In this document: piece after piece, positions 11,750-23,310 of the stretch
Layout: each line of letters begins with the position of its first letter
How positions within the stretch are numbered: the first letter of the stretch is position 1
Source of the DNA: Antedon mediterranea
Lineage: Eukaryota > Animalia > Echinodermata
Assembly: GCF_964355755.1 (NCBI RefSeq)
Contig: NC_092678.1
Coordinates: forward strand, 23,887,365-23,951,364
Length of the DNA stretch: 64,000 nucleotides
Reading direction: 5' to 3'
Notes under the pieces: generated by a model
Told to the model about the DNA's origin: nothing
Database searches by the model: none
The model's input: the letters and a program-made list of their open reading frames with translations, nothing else
Translations under genes and position numbers: made by a program

Positions 11750-13172
11750 ACATGCATGGTATAAAAACTTAAATAACTTACCTTTTGAATTTCACAATAG
11801 ATTCGTGTCGTGCAAATGTTCCAGGTCTAAATTGAAACAATGGTTCCGATATGAAATAAAGTGTTGATGTATTTTAGAGGACTATCTTAATTGATTCTTG
11901 TATGTACAGTCTTTTGTTAAGAACACAACATTGTGCTAGTCTTACCCGGAACGTTTCATGGAGGGAATTTCCAAGAATATTATAAATAGTAAAGGTTAAT
12001 TATTTTTACCCCACAGAGGGCGATATTATGGAATTTATCCAAATTTAAAGCATCAGTGACTTTGTTTCAGACGAGCGAGTGATGTGACTGGAACTTGTAT
12101 TTGTAAACCTTGGAAATAGTTATTAATTAATTTACCAATCTTTTTAATGAACTTTCCACTTTTAAAACGCATACATCTAGCACAGCTGTAAAACTTAGCT
12201 GTTAAGTATTTGTAATATCCTTAACGCTATTACGCTACGCTAAAATTACCAAAACATACAATGAGTTTTACTACATTGTTATATTTTACCTAAATACACA
12301 GTTACATACATACAATAATATGGAATAAAATATTTTTCTCAGGTAAGTTATCTACAGTAATATATTAATGTAATATTGATAGAACATGATGATTTAACTG
12401 ATTTTACTTGGCAAAATAATATAATATACTTGCTTTGTTTTTTGTTTTTTTTTGCACGATAGCGTTCTAAATTGTAGTGTGTTAATAGGTATACATAATT
12501 AAATTTAGCTGAAACATACAATTATATAGTTATACTACTATATTAAAATATTATGATACTATCATACTGCTGTTATTCGTCATTACGTAATAAACCTGTT
12601 AGTTGACGTTAGATAATAGTTCCACAGCATTCAAGTGAAAATAAAATGTACTATATTAAAACATTCAAGTGCTCTCTCGTCAATACCAGCTTTTCATAAA
12701 CACTGTATTATATTTAATTAAGTTTCTCTTTTGTATATTTTGATTAAGACAGGACCACAATGTAAAACAGATACACTGTTATCTGATTGTTTTATCCTGT
12801 ATAAATATATTATTTATTATTATTTATTATAATATGTAATATTTTGTTTTTAATTTAACATATTACACAGAGGCGCCAGCTAAAACATTAGCTTTAAGAC
12901 GCCTCTGATTTCAATTACAATATTTTCTTCATAAACATTATTTTATTCATTTTATCACAAAGATAAACAAGTATAATTATTATTTATATTACTATATAAC
13001 AATAATTTATGCATAAAATCACTACAACATTTTATCTGTAATCTGTACACGTTTGTATTATATTTACAAGTTGATTTATTTAATTAATTATATTAAATAC
13101 GGAAAGTAACATTACAATTATAAACATTTATATTTTGTTTAATAATACGTGCTAATGTTATTTAATTATTAT

Positions 13173-15326
13173 TCAATAATTAAATATTTTTACTGTTTTA
13201 TCACCATTATTTGCCACTGCTAGTCTACGTGGATTACGTGATACGATGGATAATCCTTTAGGACCGCTGATTCCATCTTCTATTTTGTCAATTCTTTTAA
13301 TGAACTTTCCACTATTACTGAATAGCTGTAGCTTGTGGTCACTTGATATTATGATATTGTCATTATCATCAAATACTACTGTTCTTGGGTGCTTCACCTT
13401 ACCATCTGCATCACCCTCACTGACAAGTACTTTGATAAACTTTCCCTCATTATCAAATAGTTTTAAGCAATGTTGGTTATTGTAAAGCACAAGAATATAT
13501 CCTTGTCTTGTAAAGGCGACGTCAATGATATTTACAAATTTAAGACCAGTAACATCACATGTTGCTATTGTCTTAATCAGCTTGCCACTCTTAATGTTAA
13601 ACATGGCTACCTTGCTATTATTAGATACATACATGACACGTGATGCTTCATCCACATGGATACCCCATGGATTTACCAACACTCCCTTACCAAATGATTT
13701 AACCACCTTACCATTCATAGTGCATAATGTGATACGTTTATTACCCCGATCACTGAATGCTATATTACCATTGTTCATTGTGTACATTCTGTTTACTTCC
13801 ACACCTTCTGATAGTGTAACCTTACCGATGCTTTCACCTGATTGCTTGTATTTGTGAATGATATTGTCTCGACATGAAACAAGCAAGCAATCTTCTCCAT
13901 ATTTAACTACATCTTGAACCTCTTTAGCATTTTCTATTTTTATAGTTTTTAATAATCTTTCATTCTCTACTTTGATATTCATAGGTGACTTCTTAATGTG
14001 TTTCCCATCGACTCTAACATCAACCTTGCAAATCCCTGCACTTGTACATCTACCTATCACAGTATAGTCACCATTGATGTCTTCTTCTACTTCAGGGATG
14101 ATCGTTTCTCCTGTTGGTTGTGTCAATGTAGCTTTTATGTAATTTGCGTTTATTTCACATTCATCAGTTTTAATTATTTTAACATCAATAATTTTTCTTG
14201 TCATGCTCTTAGCTCCTTTTAATTCTAAACAGCCTGCCCTTGAGTCTGTAATCATTCCAATGTTCTCGTGCAATGAAAGTTTTTGCGTGTTTTTAACAAA
14301 CTTAATCTCTGCATGAACATCAGATTTTGTGTTAGGCACTGCCTTGATCCTCTCATCCAACGCTCTAATGACCTCATTACCGGATAACATCGCCGTTGCT
14401 TCGTTGCCCTTCTGTAGGTGATGCAGCAAATTGATGTTAGTGTTTATATACGATATCCTCGTTGTCACATCCTCTATGTCAGCATCAGTTGCCTTCCTCT
14501 TTATTTTGTACATTGCCTCCACTTCACTTTTTAATTTGTCTCCACTGTCTTTTATTCTTGTTACCAATTCCTCTACATGATTTTCAATTCCTCTCAAACT
14601 CTTTTCCCTCTTTTCATCTAGTTTCTTAACACGATCAGTTCTTACTTTAAGATCATCATTTAATTTATCTGTACATTGTTTAGCATCTTTCTGCAATTCT
14701 TCTGATGTTTGTTTAAACGTTTTAAACGCGTCTGTTATGCTGATTATCTTGTGTTTTCCTTCCCATTCCTTGTGGTCCGTGACTGGACAGTGTATACAAA
14801 TGGCAACATCGCAAACTTTACAAAACAGAGTTAGAGGTTCACTGTGGATAGAACACAATGGTGAGTGCATCGCATTGATTTCACTGACACTCATAGACTG
14901 AACATCTTCCACTGAATGCATCTTGTGATTTTTAAAAAGTCTGTAGTTCTTATGATGATCACTACAATCGTGGCACAAATATTGTCTGCAATCCTGACAG
15001 TAGGTTTTAGATTTACCTTCCTTTCCACAAATACATTTGGTCTGATCTGTATTTGTGAACTGTTCAATTATTTCTAATAGATTATTCAGAAATGTGTTGG
15101 GTGGCAATTTCTCTAAACCACCTTCTGGGATCTGATAAGATTTGGAGCAAGTTGGACAGGTTTCTTTCTTATTTTTTTTCAACCAGTTGTCAAGACAACC
15201 TAAACAGAAGCTGTGAAGACATGTTAAGGTTCTGGGTTCGTGGAGTCTATTAAAGCATATTTGACACTCTAGAACCTTCTCATCTATATCTTCTCGAATT
15301 TTAGTTAAATCACCACCGGTGGCCAT
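13173..15326 (-). CDS. TRIM-NHL E3 ubiquitin ligase (TRIM2/3/56/71-like), intact, 717 aa, single coding exon
   Basis: RING CQIC...CLHSFCLGC...CPTC, B-boxes (YCQDC...LCHDCSDHH; CSIH...FCKVC...ICIHC...DH), coiled coil, filamin (DGKHIKKSP) and NHL repeats. ATG in the context CAAGATGG, just after an acceptor-like TTGTTCACAG. Confidence 0.93.
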   Translation of the reverse strand: MATGGDLTKIREDIDEKVLECQICFNRLHEPRTLTCLHSFCLGCLDNWLKKNKKETCPTCSKSYQIPEGGLEKLPPNTFLNNLLEIIEQFTNTDQTKCICGKEGKSKTYCQDCRQYLCHDCSDHHKNYRLFKNHKMHSVEDVQSMSVSEINAMHSPLCSIHSEPLTLFCKVCDVAICIHCPVTDHKEWEGKHKIISITDAFKTFKQTSEELQKDAKQCTDKLNDDLKVRTDRVKKLDEKREKSLRGIENHVEELVTRIKDSGDKLKSEVEAMYKIKRKATDADIEDVTTRISYINTNINLLHHLQKGNEATAMLSGNEVIRALDERIKAVPNTKSDVHAEIKFVKNTQKLSLHENIGMITDSRAGCLELKGAKSMTRKIIDVKIIKTDECEINANYIKATLTQPTGETIIPEVEEDINGDYTVIGRCTSAGICKVDVRVDGKHIKKSPMNIKVENERLLKTIKIENAKEVQDVVKYGEDCLLVSCRDNIIHKYKQSGESIGKVTLSEGVEVNRMYTMNNGNIAFSDRGNKRITLCTMNGKVVKSFGKGVLVNPWGIHVDEASRVMYVSNNSKVAMFNIKSGKLIKTIATCDVTGLKFVNIIDVAFTRQGYILVLYNNQHCLKLFDNEGKFIKVLVSEGDADGKVKHPRTVVFDDNDNIIISSDHKLQLFSNSGKFIKRIDKIEDGISGPKGLSIVSRNPRRLAVANNGDKTVKIFNY

Positions 15327-15479
15327 CTTGGAGTGATCTGTGAACAATTGATGATTACTATTTTTATTTTCCTTTTATTTTAATGTTTGTATGATTAAAT
15401 TCTCTCGCAGAATTTATATTACTCCTTTTATATTTTTTCTGTGCGTGCTTAAATTGTAAAAAATACAATACAGTATACA

Positions 15480-16060
15480 AATTGTATATGACTCACTCAT
15501 ACATTTACAAATAGGGAAATCTAACATGGAAATTCTGAAAGTAGTTTATAAATCGGTCATGTGACATTTGTCGTGACGTCACTAGTCACACCCTGAATAT
15601 TCTTGAATGGGATTCTTATTCCCTTTTCTTATTTTGATACGCTGTGTATTAATTATAACCGAAGATATGAATTTGATATCTTATGAAAGTTTAAAACATG
15701 CTCAGATGCAATATTTTGACATAAGTACATGAAGATAATAATTAGCCTATTGAATCACGATGGTGTTTAATGATAGGCTACTGTGCACTTGTCATAACCA
15801 GGAATAGGACAACAATGGACTAAAGACTTATTAAATAACTTACCTTTTGATTTTCTCAATAGACTAGTGTTTGATAGTTGTAGACAGGCACAAATGCTCC
15901 AGGTCTAAGTTAAAACAAAATGGTTTCGATATGAAATAAACGTTACTAACTACTGCTTCCTGTGGCATTGTTGTATTTTGTATAAGAACACAATTGTGCT
16001 TTATCCGGAAACGTTTAAAAGTATGGTGTATTATACTTATATGGAGGAACTTTCCACGAT
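15480..16060 (-). promoter_or_regulatory. Upstream module of the intact TRIM copy
   Basis: M-box/CLEAR-like 15556-15565, CRE 15574-15581, splice donor at 15843 and kappaB-like GGAACTTTCC at 16046-16055. Confidence 0.6.
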
Positions 16061-16515
16061 TACCATATATAGCACTGCACAATATTCCTATTAGTTATTA
16101 GTATCCTTCACGCCATTATTCTTCTGAAGTAGGCCTAGTAAGGGAATAGATAGCAAATATTTCCAATAAAATACCAGTATTTCACTTAACAATAAGTACT
16201 TACTTTTGGAAAGATGAGGAGTTTTAGGATATCTAGTGGCGAATCAGCGCTTTAAGGCAGCTCTTTGAAGCTAGATATATTGTAGATTTTGAACTAAATC
16301 TAGACATAAAGAAATGGAAATACCATATTTGTTAGTGTTGTAGTTTTTATTAATTATTATAATAATTAATCCTTATAAAACCAGCGTGAAAAGACGATAG
16401 ATACAACTGCTGTAATTTACACAGCAACCCGAACGTCAGTTGGAGAAAATTAATAGAAACGGAGAACTGAGGCAACAATTTTTAAGCCTGGTTTTCCACT
16501 ATGTGTTGATTGTGT

Positions 16516-16630
16516 AGTCATCTTGAATCGATTTGTGAACATTTGATAATTTCTTCAATGGTTCTTTTCATTTTATTTAATTTTTAATGCATTCACAGAA
16601 TTGATAATCTTTCATTTTTGCGTGCTCAAA
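16516..16630 (-). pseudogene. Orphan 5' remnant (intron end + start codon) of a deleted TRIM-NHL copy
   Basis: Aligns to 9051-9151. ATG at 16521 is retained, the acceptor AG is mutated to AA, and no coding sequence follows. Confidence 0.75.
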
Positions 16631-17184
16631 TGTATTACTTCATATAGTTATTTTAAGAAGGAAGTGAGTGTGACCATGGCGTGACAGACATGCATACAAC
16701 TTACGACATATTTTGTATATAATGGTATTGTATATAAACATTGAGATCCATGATACAGATCTGTTATTGTCAAAATGATACTGAGATACATGATAAAGTA
16801 TGTTTCTTTATTGCGAACAATAATATGCCAATAGCCTAATGTAATACGTAGCAGCCAGTAACTGAATTACGAATTATATTTTATTATACAAAATTACAAT
16901 ATAAAAATTGACATTGAAATAGATTGGAATTTAATATTAAGAAACGATTAAGAAATTAAAGAAATCCATTATAGAAATTAATATAAATTTGAAACGTTGC
17001 AGAAAAGGTGTTTTACATTAAACATACGTGATGATTCTTTCTTTCTGAGAGCTGAATAATTTTTAAATAGTTATTATCTACAAATACAGCAGGAACGTGA
17101 ATTGTCAAAAACGGTAATGATTGCAATAAACATTTCCTAACCGGAAAAAATGCTTTATGGTGCAAGATTATTATACTGTATGTG

Positions 17185-18050
17185 TAGGCAAGCCCAATTC
17201 CTCCCGAGTTCTAAAAAAAATGGTTCCGATCAGTGAATTAATAGTGTTTAGTGATGGTTCTTGTGACGTTGGTGTATTTATTCCAGAGCATGATGACTGG
17301 TTCTATTATGATCTCAAAATAACATTACGGAACTAGTTACGCCCTGTACACGTATAAAATAAGATACTGGTACCATACCAGTCACCAATGATTATTTATT
17401 GTGAAAATAAGAAAATGGCATTTGCTGTTTTACCCCGGACTCTTATGGCTATAGTTTAAACTTCTACCTATCACAGCAGTTGTTTAAGTAATAGTAATCA
17501 TAGCTGATTTACAAATGTTGGAAAGTCCCGGGCAATCGGTATCACAGCTATACTCTGAAATTAGTGTATAAATCGATCGGTCATGTGACACGTCACCCTG
17601 AATATTATTGGTTATTTTTATGCGTTGTGTATTAAAACCGAATTAAGATATGCAGTTAACTTACAAAAGTATAATACATGCTCGTGGTATTATTCAATAT
17701 TTTGACATAGAATTACATTGAAAATGAAGACGATCTATTTTATATTTAATATTGAATGATGCGATTGTGTTTATTGACTGTGTACTTATCCAAACTATGA
17801 AATACGACACATAGTATAAAAACTTAAATAACCTACCTTTTGAATTTTACAATAGATTAGTGTTTGTAGAGACAGGCGCAAATGTTCCAGGTCTAAGTTG
17901 AAACAATGGTTCCGATATGAAATAAAGTGTTGATGTATTTTATAGGACTATCTTAATTGATTCTGTATGTACAGTCTATTGTTAGAATACAACGTTGTGC
18001 CAATCTCATCAGGAAATGTTTCATGCAGGAAATTTCCACGATTATTATAA
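17185..18050 (-). promoter_or_regulatory. Upstream module of the deleted TRIM copy
   Basis: GGAAAGTCCC at 17520-17529 (GGGACTTTCC on the minus strand), M-box 17580-17589 with the CRE deleted, donor at 17836 and GGAAATTTCC at 18028-18037. Confidence 0.55.
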
Positions 18051-18332
18051 ATAGAAAATGGTAATTATTTTTACCCACAGAGTGTGATATTATGGAATTT
18101 AGCCAAATTTGAAGTATCAGTGACTTAGTTTCAGACGAGCGCAATGTGACTGGAACTTGTATTTGTAAACCTTGGAAATAGTTATTAATTAATTTACCCA
18201 ATCTTTTTAATGAACTTTTCACTTTCAAAACGCATACATCTAGTACAGCTGCAAGTATTGGATTCCGTAAAGTATTAGTATCATTAATGGTATTATTCAG
18301 GAATTTAAAAGTAAAAGATAGCAAATATTTCA

Positions 18333-18958
18333 AGCCCCATTCCCTACGTTTTTTAGATCTAATTTAAGATCACAAACTATATTTAATGTAAAAATTATAC
18401 TATATGATCCTATTGCGATAACTTTTTTCGTCTTTAAACGGTTAAAAATGTGAAAAATAAGTCGATTCTAATAATTATAGCGGCCCGCTATAAATCCCAA
18501 AATGCATTGCGCGCGGATTGATATTTTTGTTTTTCACCTGTAATTCGCCCACTTTTCGATCGATCGTGAGGCCAAAACAAATGGAAGACTCCTAACTTTT
18601 CAGCGAAAATACCGGGTTTTCCCCAATTTGTATCAACGGAGTCTGGCAAAAATAGAAAGACAATTAATGCAGCAACTATACAACGTCAGGCTAGGTATAT
18701 AGGTAGCGTATGATGTTCGTACGTTACCGATGTTTACCAGCTAGGCCTACAAAACTAAGCCTAGCTAGGCTAGGCCTAAGACCGTCCACGAGAGGTCGAT
18801 CGCCGCGAGCTACTTAGGTAGTGCATTGTTTCTCACTTTTTATCATAATTTACCATAAAACGTACATTTAAGACAAGGAATGACATGGTTTAATGTTTTT
18901 AAAGTGATATATATGTATTATTTTCCAAAAAACGTCCAAAATTGCAGGGAAGGGGTCT
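18333..18958. mobile_element. Kolobok-like non-autonomous DNA transposon (626 bp)
   Basis: Imperfect TIRs AGCCCCATTCCCTAC / GCAGGGAAGGGGTCT and a 4-bp TSD TTCA (TTAA-like) at 18329-18332 and 18959-18962. Confidence 0.75.
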
Positions 18959-19525
18959 TTCACTTTAAATACAATATACAGTAATGCATGGTTATTGAAA
19001 TGTATCCACTTTTTAATAATTCAAGCGAATAAAAAAAACATACAATTATAGTCTTTACTAGATTATTATATTATACCTAAATACAGGTGAACTATTTCAT
19101 TAATATGTAATAAACTTATTTTCTCAGGTAAGCTACCTACAGTAATAATGTAATGTTGATAGAAAATGATGATATAACTGTTTTTTTGTAACATTTTATT
19201 TTATATATTTTTTTTGCACGATAGCGTCCTAAATTGCTGGGTGTACATAATTAAATTTGGCTGAAATATATAATTATATAGTTATACTACTATATTCAAA
19301 TATTATGATACTATCACATTGCTGTTATTCGTCATTACATAATAAACCTGTTAGTTAACGTTAGATAATAGTTACATAGCATTCAAGTGAAAATAAAATG
19401 TACTATATTAAACATTTAAGTGCTCTCTCGTCACTACCAGTTTCCCTGACTTATAAGTCATCACTTAAATCCTACCATAATGTCAGCTTCCGTGTCTTGG
19501 GGAATATACAGTATGCATAATAAGT

Positions 19526-19692
19526 AATATTGTGTTTTTAATTCAACATATTACACAGAGGCGCCAGGTAAAACATTAGCTTTAAGACGCCTCTGATTTC
19601 AATTACAATATTGTGTTTTTAATTCAACATATTACACAGAGGCGCCAGGTAAAACATTAGCTTTAAGACGCCTCTGATTACAATTACAATAT
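19526..19692. repeat. 81-bp tandem duplication containing a GC-rich stem-loop
   Basis: Two near-identical units start at 19526 and 19607. The paralog has a single copy at ~12838-12920. Confidence 0.9.
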
Positions 19693-19946
19693 TTTCTTCA
19701 TATACAATATTTGATTCATTCAAGTATAAGTAAATGTAATTAGACTGATTATTTATATTACTATATAATGATAAGCTAATTTATGCATAAGATCACTACA
19801 ACATTTTATCTGTAATCTGTACACGTTTGTGTTATATTTACAAATTGATTTATTTAATTAATTATGTTCAATACGGAAAGTAACATTACAATTATAAACA
19901 TTTATATTTATTCTAATAATACATGCTAATGTTATTTAACTATTAT

Positions 19947-22125
19947 TTAATAATTAAATATTTTTACTGTTTCATCACCATTATTTGCCACTGCTACTCT
20001 ACGTGGATGTTGTGATAAGATGGTTAAACCTCTGGGACAGTTGATTCCATCTTCTTTTTTATCTATCCTTTTAATAAACTTTCCACTATTACTAAATAGC
20101 TGTAGTTTGTGGTCACTTGATATTATGATATTGTCGTCATTATCATCATCAACTACTACTCCTCTTGGGTGCTTCACCTTACCATCTTCATCACCTTCAT
20201 TGACAATGACCTTCATCAACTTTCCCTCATTATCAAATAGTTTTAAGCAATGTTGGTTATTGTAAAGTACAAGAATATGTCCTTGTCTTGTAAGGGTCAC
20301 ATCAATGATATTTACAAATTTAAAACTCGTTACATCACATGTTGCTATTGTCTTAATCAGCTTGCCACTCTCAATGTTAAACATGGCTACATTGTCATCA
20401 TTAGCTACATACATGACACGCGTGCTCCATCTACATGTATACCATATGGATACGTCAACTCTCGATTACCAAATGATTTAACCACCGCGCCATTCATAGT
20501 ACATAATGTGATGCATTTATTTCCCCAATCACTGAATGCTATATTACCATTGTTCATTGTGTACATTCTGTTTACTTGCACACCCTCTGATAGTGTAAGC
20601 TTACCGATGCTTTCACCTGAATGCTTGTATTTGTGAATGGCATTGTCTCGACATGAAACAAGCAAGCAGTCGTCTCCGTATTTAACTACATCCTGAACGT
20701 ATTTAACATTATCTATTTTTATAGTTTTTAATAATCCTACTTTCTCTACTTTGATATTCATTGGTGACTTCTTAATGTGTTCACCATCAACTCTAACATC
20801 AACCGTGCAAATCCCTGCATCTGTACATCTACCTATCACAGTATAGTCACCATTGATGTCTTTTTCTACTTCAGGGATGATAGTTTCTCCTGTTGGTTGT
20901 GTCAATGTAGCTTTTATGCCATTTGTGTTTATTTCACATTCATCAGTTTTAATTATTTTAACATCAATTGCTTGACCTGTCGACATGATCTCTGCTCCTC
21001 TTAATCTTAAATAGCGTGCCCTTGAATCTGTAATCATTCCAATGTTCTCGTGCAATGAAACAATTTGTTGATTGCTTTTAACAAAGTTAATCTCTGCATT
21101 AACATCAGATGTTGTGTTAGGCACTGCCTTGATCCTATCATCCAACGCTCTAATGACGTCATTACCGGATAACATCGCCGTTGCTTCGTTGCCCTTCTGT
21201 AGGTGATGCAGCAAATTGATGTTAGTGTCTATATACGATATCGTCGTTGTCACATCCTCTATGTCAGCATCAGTTGCCTTCCTCTTTATTTTGTACATTG
21301 CCTCCACTTCACTCTTCAATTTGTCTCCACTGTCTTTTATTCTTGTTACTAATTCCTTCACATGATTTTCAATTCCTCCCAAACTCTTTTCCCTGTTTTC
21401 ATCTAGTTTCTTAACACGATCAGTTCTTACTTTAAGATCATCATTTAATTTATCTGTACATTGTTTAGCCACTTTCTGTAATTCTTCTGATGTTTGTTTA
21501 ACCGTTTTAAACGCATCTGTTATGCTGATTATCTTGTGTTTTCCTTCCCATTCCATGTGATCCATGATTGGACAGTGTAAACAAATGGCAACATCGCAAA
21601 CTTTACAAAACAGAGTTAGAGGTTCATTGTGGATAGAACACAAGGGTGTGTGCATGGCATTGATTTCACTGACACTCATATATCGAACATCTTCCACTAA
21701 ATGCAACTTATGATTTTTAAAAAGACGATAGTTTTTATGATGGTCACTGCAACTTTTACACAAATATTGTCTGCAATCCTGACAGTAGGTTTTAGATTTA
21801 CCTTCCTTTCCACAAATACATTTTGTCTGATCTGTATTTGTGAATTGTTCAGTTGTTTCTAATAGATTATTCAGAAATGTGTTTGGTGTCAATTTTTTTA
21901 AACCACCTTCTGGGATCTGATAAGATTTGGAGCAAGTTGGACATGTTACCTTCTTTTTTTTTTTCAACCAGTTTTCAAGACAACCTAAACAGAAGCTGTG
22001 AATGTTAAGGTTCTGGGTTCATGGAGTCTATTTAAGCATATTTGACACTCTAGAACCTTCTCATCGATATCTTCTAGAAATTTAGTCAAATCACCACTGG
22101 TAGCCACCTTACCATCGCTAGCCAT
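19947..22125 (-). pseudogene. TRIM-NHL copy 3, two frameshifts
   Basis: ATG at 22125 (MASDGKVATSGDLTKF). A 4-bp deletion near 22001 falls in the RING and removes a Cys codon. A 1-bp deletion near 20420 falls in the NHL region. ORFs 20405-21967 and 19947-20414 are colinear with the intact copy. Confidence 0.9.
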
Positions 22126-22415
22126 CTTGAGTTGATCTGTGAACAATTTAGCATTTTTAATGAGTAAAAAAATTCAATTTGTTCAGTATTGGTTGTTTTC
22201 CTTTTTTAAATTATATATCGTATTAAAATACATTACACAGAATCTTAATCTTGTTTTCGGTTAGTTAAAAATAGTACCAAAAGGTCTATTTTTAAAATTG
22301 TTTTGCTAACCATTATAGATACTTATTTGGTATCTAAAAACTTTCTACCTTCATCAGTGTGTGAACTTAGTAGTAGGTACAGTGCATGCATATAGTAGAT
22401 GAAGTTATATCTGTC

Positions 22416-22534
22416 TTTAGTCGCTTGCGTGCAACGCGACTCTACGGCTCACTATATCGGTCAGTTCGGTCGGTCGGTTGGTCAGTAAACACTAACTTGA
22501 GCACGCGACTGCAGCTATGTATATGAATTTGTTT
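22416..22534 (+). mobile_element. Short Helentron-associated (HINE/DINE-1-like) element
   Basis: Sub-terminal inverted repeats AGTCGC..GTG / ACGCGACT, a (GGTC)n microsatellite and T-run ends. Confidence 0.5.
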
Positions 22535-22916
22535 AACTACAATTTTTTTTTTTAATTCTTGCCATTAAAATCGTGATTTGTGTATTGAAATATATAGTAA
22601 TTTTATTGGATAGGTCATACAGTAGTGTATACACTTTATGAGAAGGCCATAAATACTATCATCATTAACAAACATATTGTCATTATGCATTCCTACACTC
22701 ACGTGAAACAGTTTCTTTTAGATTGTTTTGCTTTCGCCTTTGAATTTGGAATTTTGTAAAGAACAATTTTATTTAGGAATGTTAATTTAGTTCCTAAACT
22801 TTATTTCTGTCAGATTAATTAACTTATAATATGCAATACACGTAGATAGTTACTATAACCTGTAGATAAAAGATGAAATCAACATAAATGATTTTCATTC
22901 TCATTATAATTTTAGT

Positions 22917-23310
22917 TACCGTTCAAATAAACCCCTCTCTCGAATAAAAGCCCTCCATAGAACATCATTTTGTATAAACGCCCTCTCGAATAAACGCCCC
23001 AGGGGCCTTTATTTATTTCCTTGAATAAACGCCCCGACATGCATATATTATACACAATATATATATTGTATTACAACATATTTCTATTTGTAGTAGAATT
23101 CATTGATTGACGTGATCTACAGTTTACCAATCAGTTTGATACAATTTTTACTGTATTTTAACACCGATATTAATTGTGTTGTATTTTTTCATATCTAAGT
23201 GATATTTATTTGATTATAAATGTTACCATCTTAGATAAATGCTTCCTCCGAATAAACGCCTATCTCGAATAAACGCCCCTATAAACCTTCCTGAACAATA
23301 AACGCCCCTG
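22917..23310. mobile_element. Degraded Tc1/mariner-like MITE
   Basis: Starts TACCGT and carries multiple (CG)AATAAACGCCC sub-repeats. The right terminus is not found. Confidence 0.45.

Noticed and set aside
12868-12907. SECIS element
   Set aside because: Lacks the AUGA/GA quartet, and the TRIM ORF has no internal UGA.
6976-21004. Short plus-strand ORFs recurring inside the TRIM genes
   Set aside because: Antisense shadows of the paralogous coding sequences.
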